Origin: Camelus ferus
Taxonomy: Eukaryota
Length of the DNA: 64,000 nucleotides
Direction: 5' to 3'
Assembly (NCBI RefSeq): GCF_009834535.1
Contig: NC_045696.1
Span: forward strand, 53,694,001 to 53,758,000
This document shows positions 29,326-43,431 of the stretch, piece after piece (the first letter of the stretch is position 1; each line of letters begins with the position of its first letter). The position numbers were made by a program, and so were the translations under genes. The notes beneath the pieces are model-generated. The model was not told the DNA's origin, ran no database searches, and saw nothing but the letters and a program-made list of their open reading frames with translations.

Positions 29326-29790
29326 TGTTCCAGTTGCTGTTGCTGTGTAACAAATTACCCCATAGTTTAATGATATGAAGCAATCATCTTAGTACACTAA
29401 TGTATTTGGCTGTTAAAAGTTTAGAAGTGACACAGTAGGTGGGGATGGCTTGTCCCTGATTCTCAAAGTTGGGGACCATGGCTAGGAAGACTCAAAGGCA
29501 GAGAGTGCCTTGTGACCTCTCCTTGCTACAGATGTCTTCTATAGCATGATCAAGAAAGCAGAACTTCTTTCATGGTGGCTCAATGCTTCAGCACAAATGT
29601 TCCAGCAAATAAACTGGAAGCTCTATCATTATTTATAACCTAGCCTCAGAAGTCATGTGGTATTATTTTTACCATATTGTATTGATCAAACCAAGTACAA
29701 GCTCACCCAGAATCAAGGATAGAGGACAAAGTCCTCACCTCAAGAGAAGAGGAGTGTCAATGAATTTTGTGGCCATTTAATCACCCCACA
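29325..29790 (-). mobile_element. MLT1 (MaLR) solo LTR
   Basis: tgttccagttgctgttgctgtgtaacaaattacccca...gtggccatttaatcaccccaca. Confidence 0.7.
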
Positions 29791-32049
29791 CTCATATATA
29801 GAATACATAAAATGATTCTTGCATATCATTATGACAAAGACAGACAATCTAACAGAAAGAAAATATCCCAAAGACTTGAAATTATACGAGGGAAAATTAG
29901 TGTTATACTCTGTATGAACTCTATTAACTTACTTCTATATTCAGAGATTTTTTTTGAAAATATATTAGACACTAAATAATTTTAAAGTGTTAATGGAGGA
30001 GATTATTAAGTGAGCTAGCTCTTAAGAATGAATGGATAGAATTTGGAGAGGTAGGAAAAGGGAAATAACTTAATGTCTAACCTCTCCTCCCAGGTAGAGA
30101 TGGACCTTGGCAGCTACGTTTGGTGCTTGAGAATTAAGGTTGAGCACGTACTGATAACAATAAAGGACATCTATTAAGTCATGTAACTAGACTTCATGAT
30201 TTCTCCTTTCTGGAAAAGCTCCATTTTCTGAGAAATGCCTCATATACATAGTTACAGAAGAAGCAATCATGTCCATATAATACTACTATTCCCTACTACA
30301 AATGACTAATTTAAAGTGGGGCCCAATTTTTAAGCTAGGACAATCATCTCTTTCTCTAGTTGGACCAAATGGCTATTCTAAATTGGACTTGTATTTCATC
30401 TTTCTTCATCTAGCTGAGCAGATTGGGAGCTAGAAAATTCACAGGCTACTGTCAGCCATTTTTCCCATTCTGTGGACTCAGAAGCAGAGAAAGTTAGCCT
30501 GAAAAAATGAAGAATAATGGAGTAGATGCAAATAATAGAGCAAAAAAAGTGAAAGAAGACATGGAAAGAAAATTGAGAACCATCAAATCTGTGGGTCCAT
30601 CCCTTTCTTTATCAAGGGATATTTTCCTACTGTGTGAAAGACTGTTGCATACTTATGTTGTCCTTCTTGTTTAATTGGGTTTCTGAAACTACAACACAAA
30701 TCAATTTGACTAATGCAAGAACAAAGGAGTACTGAATATTTAGTCCCAGGCAAATGGTAGTCTTCATATAGGAAAGTATGTTGGTGAAAGCATATTGGTG
30801 GAAAGCATACTTTATGCCAGACACTACTTTGTTTAGTCCTCCCAAATGATCACCCATGTAAGCAATATCCCATACTAAAGATGACAAAACTGAAGTTTAG
30901 GGAACTTAAGTAATATACTCAATTCCGCACTTGACAATACAAGAGTTTTATGTCAAACCTAGGTTAGACCCCTAAGCCATTGCTTCCGCTAGCGTGCTCT
31001 GTTGCCTTCATTAAACCCCAAAGATTAAATAATAAGCAAGAATTAGATTTGAAATGAAAGGCAGAACAAGTTGTATCCTGGAGAGATTCTTGGATCCAAA
31101 CATACACTTTATAAGAAAGCTGTGAACAAGCCTTGGGGCAGAAGGAGCTATTAAATGAGCCAAACCTGATTAGATCTTTCAAATCAATGCTTCTACAATT
31201 ACTTTTCAGCAGGGCAAAAGACATACTAAGCCTCTTACTACTTTTGTGGGAAAAAATAATTATATACCAATGTACAATTTAATAATTGTGTATGCACTTG
31301 ACTTGGAAAGAGAAGTAAAGTATGTGGGCTCATATTTTAACTGCAACTTATATAATGTCTTAAAGGTTAGTAATCTAATAATTGTAAACCAACATTTTTG
31401 ATGATACCTAAATGCATCACTACATGCTATACAGTTAGTGAAACCACTTTTAACAAGCTAAATTAAGCATGATAGAGCTAAATTAACACTGATTTAAAGG
31501 TAAAAGCAAACATTTCTGCAACTGAAAATGAAAACCATGAGAAAACAACATTGATGTTATACCTATAATAACAACTACCAAATCCTTCTGTAATATTCTG
31601 AGCATTCCAACCCTCTGTTTCATATGAAGTGGAAATGTCACAGTGTTGATAGATGTAGCATCCTTAATAAAATAAAATAAAATGCGATTATTTCTAGCAA
31701 ACGACAGTAGATCTCTCATTTTTGTTTAGGAGTTCAAATTACAGTAATTCTGAATAGCTCAACCATTTTGTAATGACTCTAAGTAAGACGAAAATTAAAG
31801 AAAAAAGTGTTTATGGAAATGGGCATCATTTACCCAAAAGAAACAAAGAAAGGACTTACATTTGGGAGCAACTTGTAGGCTATCATAGGATTACTAGTGA
31901 ACCTTGGTTTTAAATTCAAATGTTACTATGTCAGATGTAAATACCATCATGATTAAGGCACAAGGTAGAAATAAATATGCAGATGGCCTAACTAAAGCAG
32001 ACACTATGAACTGGAAATGAGTGGGCAGTTAAATTGTTTCAGTAAAAAG

Positions 32050-32960
32050 GGGACGGACTATGAAAGACTGAACTACAGTTGGATGAGCTTTGATTTGATG
32101 CACTGGGCTTTGGGAACCATGAAAAGTTCTTAATCAGAAAAGTGATGGAATGGAAGTTGTGTGTTAAGGAAATGTGTCGGGGCACCAGGGCGCAGGCTGA
32201 GTGGGAACTGGACACAGGCAGGCACTGAGAACACACAGAAAGCCTTCCCGTGAATTGGCTACTGTATGAGAAGTGCGTACAGCACAGTGATTATGCAGGG
32301 CCTGGGGAGAAATGGGCTAACCTGAGAGGCTTGATAGAAATAAAGGAAGGGAAAGGAAAATGAGAGACTCAAAATCTAGCAGAGAGGGAGAAGAGTGGTT
32401 CTGTTCATCTCCTCATGCAAACAAAGTAAGAAAATGATTACAAACGGAATCATGCTTTCAGGGACAATGTTAAATTTGTGGTAACTATGGAAGACCAAAC
32501 AAATATTTATTTTAAGCCAGTGAAATAAGTAATTGAATGAAGACAAGGTAAGAGTTCAAGGCTGGAGATACAGATGGGAGAAACAGATAATGACAGAGAT
32601 GTTCACTGAATACCTGAAGAGTAAATATATTAATAGATTGAACACAGAGAGGAAAGAAGAGATTTGAGCACATAGATTTGGAGAACTTTACTCTTGGTAG
32701 ATAGATGAAAAGAAGGGGCCCCTGAAAAAGAGACTAAGAAGGAAGGGCCAGAGTTGGGAAGAGAAAGGAGAAAGGATAAACCTGCAGAAGCCATAAGGGA
32801 AAAGTATTTCAAAAGAGAGGCAGACAGTCACTCTTTTCTAACATTTGATGCCAAATGTCAGAGTTTAAGGAAAATAAAGTCTGAGGAAAAGACACTGAGT
32901 AGACAGAAAGGACATCTTGAATATCTCACAAGTGAAATATTTAAGATTGAATTTAGGGGC
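32050..32960 (-). mobile_element. L2 fragments
   Basis: Purine-rich; ggctggagatacagatgggag, agaaggggcccctgaaaaagagactaagaagga. Confidence 0.5.
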
Positions 32961-33565
32961 TCCAGAAAGTGAGCAGGTAGGAGATCGAGGCAGAGGTATA
33001 TATGGAAGTTTCAAGAGGTTGGAAATCAAAAGAGCCAGTCTAACCAGCAGTTACCAAGATGGAGCAGTATCAAGGAAATACCATAGTAAGACAGCTTTTC
33101 CCCTTAACACGAAGGGTGCTTCAGTAGAAAGTTCTTTATTAATTATGCTCTGCAATGTTCTAGTTTGTCAATAAGAGCTTTCATGAAACAACTGATGAAC
33201 AGCATCTTGACATTTTAGAGTTCATAAACTAATGTTTTCTCTTTAAGACAAAATAAAAATATCTGTTGGAAAACATATTCCTTCATGACATATTTAGTAA
33301 AATATTATCTTATTAACAGCTTCATTAATCTATGGATCCAACCATCCTACAGAGTCTGTCTCAGTTGTCATTCTAAATGAGGACATCTGTTAATTTCTGC
33401 CATCACTGAGACATGTTACGTGTGTACTATGTGGATTTTATCTTACCGGTTTTAACCAATTTCTCAAATTTAATCAGGGTATAATGTGTGCTGATTCAAA
33501 CTCACATCCTGTTACAGGGCTTTTATACTTGTTCCATCTTTAAATATACTTTTCGTATTCCTTAC

Positions 33566-34017
33566 TTGAATATATGAGCTGCTAATGATGTATTCATTAA
33601 TATTATATTTAGAGGTATCTTATCAGACTCAATGCAACAAGTCCGTCCAGACTGACAGTGGCCTATCTATGGTTCCTAGAAGGACTAGGTTAAATTCGTT
33701 TTCAGTGGTACAAATCAGATGGCTGCCACTTCTTTCCAATCAGCATTGTTACATTCTTTCGTTAACTGTTGGACCTGCATCTCATTTATTCATTACATTT
33801 CCATTTTTGTGCTGGGAAAAAATGATCTTATTTGGCCTGATTTGTTTGCCTCAGACATATTTGGCTTCACCATGACAGCAGATGGGTATAAAAATACAGG
33901 CATGTATACACTTTGCCTCTCTCCTTGGCAAGTGAATTAGCCCACAACATTTTCCGTAGCCTATCTCACATTTAAGTCACAGAAGGGATTCATCTTTTGG
34001 CAACGAACATTAGTAGC
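33566..34017 (-). pseudogene. Fossil exon, UPA C-terminus plus death domain (may be the terminal exon)
   Basis: ccccttttcttcag|GCT; possible donor CAA|gtaagg. Reads ATNVRCQKMNPFCDLNVR*ATENVVG*FTCQGERQSVYM (UPA end, like EGEGQ), then QLTKECNNADWKEVAA; shifted frames give HLICTTENEFNL and ATVSLDGLVAL, which are death-domain-like. Confidence 0.62.
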
Positions 34018-35239
34018 CTGAAGAAAAGGGGTCATAAATCCCATTTTCATTTTTTATTAAAATCATACTATGTCAGGGTGTAATTTTCATTTTTTGATAC
34101 AGTGTAATTTATTCAGTGACCTTGGACCATGTTCCTTTGCTAATCTGAAATGTTAAATCCATGTACTAATGATTTCTTCAACTTCACACAGTTTCCTCTA
34201 ATACAAGACCTTAAAAAGCTCGGTTTTTAGCTGAATGCTCACTGATGGAAGAACAATGTTGGTGAATTTTAAGAGGAATAGCAGAAGCCAGTGCAAACTT
34301 TTAAAAAATGAAACGACCTGTGAGTTACCCAGAAAAATAAATGTTTATTCTTTTACCTTTTATGACTCTAGTATCTTCAGACTGAGTACCATTCTAGTAC
34401 AACCTCATTTAATATCTTTAGTCTCTCGAGTTTAATCATCAGTCATTTTACTATAATTAACTCCTGAACAAATATGAAAAACAGTTTAAGGGCAATGTAT
34501 AAATGAACAAAATTGTTAAACCTAGTAAGGTTTTGATAATAATTTCAATCTTCTTTCTAAACAGTCATTTAACCATGACAAATAGTTTTTTCCCCCTAAA
34601 ACCATCCTTTTATTGGCTGATATAAAATAAGGTAAAGAGAAAATGTAGTCACTTTAGTGGCTGAGGGTGATGGTTGTAATGGCTCCAAACTGTGGCCAGC
34701 GTCATCCATCTCTGGTACAGGTTTGTTGACACTAATGCTTTCTATCACACCCAGCCTGGACTCAGTTCCAAGGTTAGCTACCTTCTATCAAATTATCCTG
34801 CCTTGTTTTATGTCATTCTCATCTGTTTGGCGAAACCCCAAGCCTGGATTAATCCTTCAGCCAGATTTCCCTTCTAATCTCAAGCAACTGATCCCTGGTA
34901 GAGGAAATCATACGCACTATACCATACTATCTATAGTCTCATGGTCAAAACAAACCAACAGCCTAAAATTAAATATTTGGGTATATATATGTGTATCAAA
35001 AGTATGCGCTATGTTTTTAAAATTATAGGTCAAACTATTAGTAGGTTGTGCAATTAGGTTAGTAAAGACAAGCATTTTTATTTTTTAACAAAATATATGA
35101 GAATGGGAAATAGAGATCAGACTGTCTTATCTGTGGTAAACCAAAGTATTGTTTCCTAAAACATGCTTCAGTTATGTGTGTGTATCATGAACTATACTGT
35201 AAAATGAAATTCCTACTGTGGTTCAGAATCAAAATAGTT

Positions 35240-35950
35240 CACTGCTCTAAAACTACACAGGATATTGGTGAGAAGGTGGAACAACTGAAATACTCAGACA
35301 CTGCTGGTAGAAACGTAGGGAAGTTCAGTCACTTTAGAAGAAACTGGAGTTTCTTACAAAGTTAAACATACACTTACCATATGGCCCGGTAATTCTACTT
35401 CGAAGTATTAACACAAGAAAAATGAAAACATATGATAAAAAGATTAGTACTTGAAAGTTTATAGGTGCTTCATTCACAACAGCCAAAGTACTAGAAGTGA
35501 CCTAAAGGCCCACTGACTGATAAATTGATAAACAATTTGAAGTAGATCCGTACAGTGTTAGTATCTTTCAGCAATTAAATATTCTAACTACTGATATATG
35601 CAACACATAGTTGAATATGTAAAGGATCATGCAACATGAAAGAAGGCAGCCAAAACCCTCAACATTATATTGTTGTATTATTTCATTTATATGAAAGTCT
35701 AGAAGAGGAAAAAAACACAGTGGCAGGAACATCAGTGGTTGTCAGGAACTGGGGGTGAGGGAAGGCTTCTGTCTACAAAAGGGCAGAAGGCAACTCTCAG
35801 GCTAATGGAAATGTTCTATCTCATGATTGTGGTTGAGAACACACAACTGTCTACCTTTCTTAATACTCATCAGAATGTAGTTAAAATGAGCAAATTTCAT
35901 TGTAAACAAAGTATACTTAATAAAGCTGAGTTTAAAAACACTAAGTAAAA
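35240..35950 (+). mobile_element. Old L1 3' end (L1M class)
   Basis: ttcttacaaagttaaacatacacttaccatatggcccggtaattctact; ggaaatgttctatctcatgattgtggt; aataaagctg with A-rich tail. Confidence 0.75.
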
Positions 35951-38520
35951 AAAAATTTAAATGCTTGAAATGGTCAAAAATGTATTCCCTGATAACTACA
36001 GTACTGCCAGATTTCTTAACTCAATATTAAATGTAAGTGGTGTATAGTGACTTTTCACTACACTTTTTATTTTTATCTACTTCAGATCTCCTTAATTCAT
36101 CTTTCATTCACTTATATGAATATAAACATACAGAATATGATTAAACCTTAACCATTTCTGAATGTGGTAAATAGACAAGATTTAATTTTTTCCTGTAAGG
36201 TGCATATATGTATGTATTTTTTTTTTCCTAAAAGCAAGAAAACCATCGTTCTCCCCTCTTTTTGGAGTGATGTTTGTGGGCTTCTTTTTACCTGTGTGAA
36301 AAAGTTGCCCTAGCCAATATGAGTCAATTTAAAAATTAGTCTTTTAGAGAGAAAATGTTGTTATTAAATAGATTTCCCACAATGGTAAGTTCAAAGGGTA
36401 ATTTTCTGGTTATTGATCTTTTCCATAAAGAATTTCTTTGTAATCATTTCCCCCCTTTCTCACGAAAAATTGCTTCAACCTTTTCCTTGAAGAGTTCCTC
36501 TGAGTCTATTCATCTTCCACCCACTCCTCTTCCCATAACAACTGTTTTCAGGAGAGTCTGAATAGCTGACAAAGCAATAATCATCCTTTCACAGTGGACA
36601 CTGTTTCCAGGGGAAGATCAGATTGTACTGCAAGCTGCACTTTCAAATCAGCACGTAAAACCAAGCAGCATCTGCCCTTGATCAGAAAAATTTCAGTGAA
36701 AACCAATCAACTAGGACACATAATTACAAATAGCTTGGCAAAAATCTAGGTACAGTAAAATTAAAGAACTAAATGATTTGTATGTAAAATATATGTGTGT
36801 ATATTAGCTTTCCTTTCTTTGGTCTTTAGTGTGGAATCCCATCAGCATGGGATGTTAACTGCAGCTGCATCAAAGTTCATACACTATAGAGTTTCATCTG
36901 TCAGTCATAAAAAGATGCCATATAGTACTTACGATAGAAAGTTTTCATTATTTTAATATGTAGTTTATTTTCTGAGGCAATGCCTTTGTGTAATATTTTT
37001 CAACAAATCTATAAAACACATATGTCCACAAAATACTGGGAAAAAATTTATGTTTCTTTTAATTGCTTTTATATGCCTTAAAACACCAGATGACACAAAG
37101 TGGTTGAATTATGATGCTAGCAACAAGTTGCCATCTTGGGACATAGATGCCCACCAATGATGGGTAGGTCATTTGGCTCATGGTCTCCGATAACAAGCCT
37201 TAATCTGTCAAGATGTCACATTCTTTGTATGTAATGCAATCACTTCTTTGGTAGTGGCTATGTTCTAAAATAGGCAGCCGAATTCTTGTAAAGTTGAAAT
37301 CAACACATCCATAAAGTACATTCATGGTTGAAGGAATACAATCTGGTTTTCTTATGAGAGGAAAGAATGGACGTCTAGACAGGTATCTAGGCACTGAAAC
37401 TATTTGTGCCCGTAAGATACCATCATATCCCTAGGACTGAAGTAGCAGAGAGCTTCCTGAAGGGCTTACTAAATATCTTTAAACATTATGCCTCCCTAAC
37501 TGTAATACATTTTAAAAGATATGTTTGTTGCAGTGAGGAGTAAACGAAATCTGAAATTCCACTTTATAAGAAGTTAGATACTAAAGTCTGGACAACCTAA
37601 GAAAAATTGTACACATGGTTCTGCTCCACTGTATTTCTCTTTAATTACATGGAAGAGAAAGTAGCCTGTGTAAGAATAAGAACACCTAAGGATTTATATC
37701 ATCGCATTTTCAGTCATAAATGCAGTCTTGTTCAAGATAATCTAAAAATGAATAAATCTCATAGGCAGGAAATTTTTTTACAAAATCAAAACTCTAACAT
37801 AGAAATCAAAAGGTTTCAAAGAATCACTGTGAAGCACAACCTGGAATCAATATTACATTTGTCAATAGTCATAGTGAAAATAATAGCACACTACCTCTCG
37901 TGCTGTATGTTCTACTGTAGGAGAGTAAGTACGCGAAAAATCTGTTTGAATGCTTATAGATTTTCTGCAATCTTGAGTTTCAGATTTTTTAAGAAACCCC
38001 ATTTGTGAACCGTGAGAAAGTAGGTCTGATACTCCAGAAAAATTCATCTGAGAGAGGCCAAGAGATGCCAATAGACAGGGTGATCAAAACATAGATAAGA
38101 AACGTCAGGATGGAGGACATACCTACTTCGCAGTTTGATGTGTCTGCTGTTCCACCTCATCTGTCCAAGAAACCCCAAGTTTTGGACATGCACATGGTCA
38201 CTCTATTCAATCATGGCAGCTTTAAATCTTAGCTGATGGGGTGAGGAACACTTTAAATTGGCCCTATGCTAGCTACGTAGGAGCTGGTTTTGGGATTCTT
38301 TCTCTGCTAGACAACTGAAGTTCACCCAGGTGTGTCTAAACATGCCATGAGTGTAGCACTGATGTCGGCAGACTTATTATAGAAGTACTATTCCTAACAC
38401 CCACTTCCCGATTCAGGTTAATCACCTGCTTTCTTCTCTTGCTGGGATTTCCCAAAGTCTTCCTAAAGTACTTCAATATCAATGACATGCAGAAATAATT
38501 TTTAAAAATACCTGACTTAC

Positions 38521-38618
38521 CTATATCTTCAGGAATGCACATATACTCTTGGCATTTCTTTGTATGACACCGTAAGTTATTGTTTGCATGTGAAAACATT
38601 AACATAAATTATCAAAAA
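38521..38618 (-). pseudogene. Fossil exon, UPA middle
   Basis: catttttccag|TTT...ATAG|gtaagt. Reads VFDNLC*CFHMQTITYGVIQRNAKSICAFLKI*, resembling UNC5 HNLRLSLH...AKYQEIPFYHIW, with TAG in place of TGG. Phase 1 to 0. Confidence 0.65.
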
Positions 38619-41600
38619 CTGGAAAAATGTCTTTAATATATTTTGAATACAGAATATATTCATGTGGTGAATTTTTTTTACATATAAAAAGCTACATTCT
38701 GTAAGTCACTTTTCTACACCTGTCACCCATCTAATCTCTTCTCAACCCCCACCACCTAAAGGTGTCCATTATTGTTAATTTCTTAAGTATCTTGCTAGAG
38801 TTCACCCAAGGAAATATAATTGCATTTCAGTATGTTCATATCCCTGTGTCAACACAAATGTAAAAATAGTGTTCTAACCCCATCTGTTCCTGTTGTCCTA
38901 TACATCTTGTTTTTTTTTTTTTAATTTAACAAGAGATCCTTTCATATTACTACATAAAGAGCATTTCTGTTTTTCTCAGCTGCATGATATGCTATAGTAT
39001 GGTTGTCAAGTGTTGTAATAACAAATGATATTATATCACTTTTTATGGGCACATCTAGATTTGTAGGATACATTTTCAAAAATTTAATTTCTAAGTCAAC
39101 AATTACATAAATTTCTAACATTAATAAACATTGCCGCATTTCTTCCATAGGCATATCAATATACACTTTCTCTAGCAACAAATAATAAAACCTTGCCTTT
39201 GCTTTCCTAGGTTTGGATTTTAACTACTTCTGCTATTGGGTAAGTTACTTTTTTAAATCTCAGTTTTCTCATCTATATAAAAAATTTACTGCATTGCCAA
39301 GTCAATACAAGAATTAAACAAGATTATTATATAAAGTGTCAAATATAGTTACCTACCATGTAGTTAATGCCAAATAAATAGAAACAATTGCTTTTCCCCC
39401 TAATTTTCAAATCATGATGTATAGTATACTTTTTATCTTAATTTAATAACTACTTTTTGCATGGTTTTTCACTTTCATTAGCTACAAAAATCATTATATT
39501 AGCTTACCAACTAACTGTATATGGTTAGCAAACATGCTCGAGGCACTCACTCTGCCATTCTTTATGGAGTAAACAGAAATCAAAGCACAGCACCTGAACT
39601 AGAGAATAACACGTGTAGGATTGAAAAACTGACATAGAAAGACATGGCGTTTATGTTTAAATATGGGATATAAAATCCATGTAGCTATCTCTGTTCTAAA
39701 AACCATGTAACAAGAGTAAAGTGATAAAAATCATTTTAACAAAAGACACCAGGACAAAAAGTATGGTGTAATAAAGCTCAGTAAATAATAGCTATAGTTA
39801 TTAATCATTAATTATATTAATAATTAATAACATATTGAATAACTAGCAATTATACAGATGACTATTATTAACATGTCTTATTAAATTAATAAATTTGAAC
39901 ATAATAAAAATAAATATTAGCAATTATTATTAGTGAGAGTAATAGTATTTGAAGTTAGAAAGTAGAGAAAAGAATGGTAAGTTATTCAGCAGGTGGGAGA
40001 AAATTGAAACAGACCCTATCAACAGAAAAAGAGAAGGAAGCTGATGTGCACCACAGAACCCTAGAAAGGGCCTTTACAATAGGCCAACATAGAAAATGAA
40101 ATGTAAACAGACTATGTGGCTTGATAGTGATTGGCTACACAGTCAACATTACGCAAACACAGGGCATCAATGCAGTGACTATTGATCTAACCCCAAATTA
40201 TGTTATGCCTGTAAGAAAAGAAGGAAAGTGTGTGTGACCTGAATCATTGCCAAGAGTAGGGGGTCAATAAATAATATAAGAAACTGAAAAAACAAATAGT
40301 AGTATAAACATGTCATTTAGAGACAGAGATAATTACAAAATCACACAGTTAAAGGTTTTGAATGTTGTCACCTCTGGGGAAGGTAAGTGCAAGGATTTTG
40401 GGGAAAAGATACAATGCTATTTTTCATCATTAGGCTTGCAGATTTATTTGAATTTTCAAACTATATGTATGAGTTATTGTGAAGCAAAAAGAAATTAAAA
40501 TAAAGAGGAAAAAGGGAAGGCTGTTAAGCTAAATGTAGAAAGAGAATGATGCACCTTTTCTTTAAGCAAGATTAGAACGAGCTGTGAGGTGGGCAAGTTA
40601 CTTCTTTAGAGGTACAGCTAGCCTCCTGTACAGGAAATTAGTAGCACAAACTGTTTAATATGCTTATGGAGACTCAAGGTAACACTGATTAGTTCTTTGA
40701 TTGTGCTTTTAAAGATGTTAAAATTTTTTCTAACCAATTGGCTTCCAGGATACTTCTCTCCCCACCCCCACCTCCAACATAAAAATGACTAGCACACATT
40801 CTCAGATACCTTAGGAAAAAAGCAGGGAAGACAATGAAAAGACCTGGTATTAAGGTCTAAAAAAGAATTTCCTCATAGTTTACCCCATCACACAGATACA
40901 GATATACCCTCACACATCACACAGTACCACTTCTGCACTCCACCCTCCATCCCAACCATTGAACACTGGGACCTCACAATAGATTTGAAACTACTTTGTA
41001 GCCCAGAACAATATCAGGTCACTGTCTTGTAATCAAAATCCTCTTGGGTTTGAGAAAGTGTTTGTATTTAATATAGTCAACTATGGCCCATATTGGGCCT
41101 CAGAAGGCAGTTAGAATACAATACAACATGTTATACATTCTTAACCTTTAAAGTATGTTCTCATCTCCCTTCCAATGAGTATATCCTTTCCCAAATTTTT
41201 GTCTTGGAATCTTAAACATTCACTTGAAACAGACTGTTTCTAAATTGATATTAAGCAGCATTCAAGGTACTCTTTTCTATCTTCTGATTAATAAAAATAT
41301 GAGTCACATGTTTAAATTGGAAAGCAGTTGAGTAATGTTGCATTTTGAGTATCATCATAGGATCTTACATACAGCAGGATTTGGGGTTTTAGTCATGGCC
41401 ACTCATATCTTGAGCAGTAAATTCAGGCTTAGGACCTAGGTGGAGGTTATTGTTACTTTATTGGCTGCCCCTTAGGAGAAAAATTTTAGCATGAATTCAA
41501 CATAGGTAATATGTTCCAAGAAGAACTGCAAATAGGATCTATGCCACCTGTTATTTCATTAAAAAATAAATCGCTTTCATTTACCTCTGTCCTTTTAAGG

Positions 41601-41989
41601 GAATGATTACCTTGCTTTGCCAATTTTTTCTTCCCAAACACTCACATTTTATTTGTTGGATGGTCTCTCTTCCCTTTATTTCTACTTGACCTAAATCTCT
41701 CTATTCCTTGAATTACCTCGAATGATCTTTCGGTTTCCATCCCTTGTTTGTATTTGACTTTCACTGTTGGTACTAATTTTAAAACAAAATAAGTTTTAGA
41801 TCACTAGAAGTCTCACATAGGTAGTCTCTGCCTTGAATTTCTTCCCTGACCTACACTGATATTGCTCTATAAAGTTGAAGATGCTAAAAAAAAAAAAAAA
41901 AAAAAAAACTTTCGAAGTGTTCAGAGGAATTTAAGAAATATGTCTTCTCTCATATTTGAGAAACTCATTAGTTCATCTCACTTAATGTC

Positions 41990-42300
41990 AATGATGATGA
42001 TGATGACGACAAGAACAGTGATTGGTAATATGATAATCATGGAGACAACAAGGAGTAGACATTGCAGTGGTAGCAGTGCTGATGGTTGCTGGCGGCAGTA
42101 GTAACAGTAGTACTGCAGTATTGCAGTAGTAGCGGCGGCGGTGGTGGTAGTCATGGTGGTGGTGGTGGTAGCAGTGGTGGTGGTGGTGGCACTAGTAGTG
42201 ACAGTGGTAGTAGTACTAGTAGTGGTAATGGTAGTACTAGCGGTAGTGGTGCTAGTGATGGGGCTGGTAACAGAAGCAACAGCAGTGCCAGCAGCAGCAA
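41990..42300. repeat. Compound trinucleotide low-complexity tract (GAT/GGT/AGT/GCA)n, followed by a reverse MIR to about 42530
   Basis: Read directly from the sequence; it explains the Gly/Ser and Val-rich ORFs. Confidence 0.85.
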
Positions 42301-43201
42301 GTACTCAATACTGGGCATTCAATCACGTTTTCCCCACCACCCTTTACACGTTCTTTTTAAAAGGCTGAGTCTTACATTAACTTGTGAATATTCAACCAAT
42401 TTTGAGCCACTAAATGGAATTTTATACACAAATGAAAAGTAAAGTTTCAAGAAATTAAGTAACTTATCCAAAGTTACCTGGGAAAATAATTAAAAGAATT
42501 TGACCTTGGTAAATCTGATTCAAAAATGCATTCCCTTAAATTGCTCTGTATCTTAAGTCCTCATGTTTTATAAGCACTTCTACCAAGATTTTCCATTTGT
42601 ATTAAAATAGGAAGAGTACAAGTTATGGCTTCCCTTTTTCCAATGTTCCTGAAAGATCCCGATATTCTAAATGAGACTGTTTCTGGTATGTCATACATCA
42701 AGTAGTATTTATGAAAGTTAAAGAATGGAAACCATGTCATTCATTTTTATATACTTCCAGAATCCTATGAAACACCGTGCTCACTAAGTGGTGACAAAAT
42801 TGGACTGAACCAGATGACTGGAAAACCTGATTTGCTCTATAATGTCCACCCTGCTGGAACACGGGGCTGCTAACATTCAATTAGTTGTTCCCCACATCTC
42901 AAATAAGGCAATCAGACTGTGTTCATGACATGGTAGTAAATGTGCACAACCCATTCTTTACATTTTGTTTTGATAGGTAACATTGCCAAGTGATATAATC
43001 TGCTCACTTTGATAAGATAACATTGGTTTTATTTTTTTAATTAAACCCTTTTTGTTTTCTTGCTTATTTTGTTATCAGTGATGAGGTCTGAGGTTTGGGG
43101 ATTTTCACAGAGAAAGAAACAGTTCCCAAGGGGGCAGTCTAGCTCAAGTAAAGTAAGAAAAATGATGTCCATCTGTCCATAGCAAAGCAGTCCAGAATTA
43201 C

Positions 43202-43431
43202 CTTCCCCAGCTGTTAAAGGCAAATCAGGCACAGGGACACACTTTGGCAGTGCGACCATCACTGCGCCTTGCCGTGCTTCTGCCAAGGGATACTGATATG
43301 TTAGACAAGTATCCGTGGCATGCATCACAGCAGCGCTCAAAGACATGTACGATCTGTCCTGTCCGTTTCACACATGGGAAAACTAGTACAATACAGAGCG
43401 ATCCAGCTCTACAGTAATCCAAGAGAAATGT
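43202..43431 (-). pseudogene. Fossil exon, HFSW motif plus UPA N-terminal half
   Basis: atatttcttctag|ACAT...GAAG|gtaatt. Reads HFSWITVELDRSVLY*FSHV*NGQDRSYMSLSAAVMHATDTCLTYQYPLAEARQGAVMVALPKCVPVPDLPLTAGE. EARQGAVMVALPK resembles UNC5 UPA ERTLGGYLVEEPK; a shifted frame LCIVLVFP resembles LQLAVFAP. Confidence 0.72.

Noticed and set aside
33447..33508. Extra minus-strand exon ending CCG|gtaaga
   Set aside because: It would need an intron of only about 57 nt after 33566 and shows no domain similarity.
42086..42442. 118-aa Gly/Ser-rich ORF and overlapping Val-rich ORF
   Set aside because: Products of a trinucleotide tract plus a MIR.
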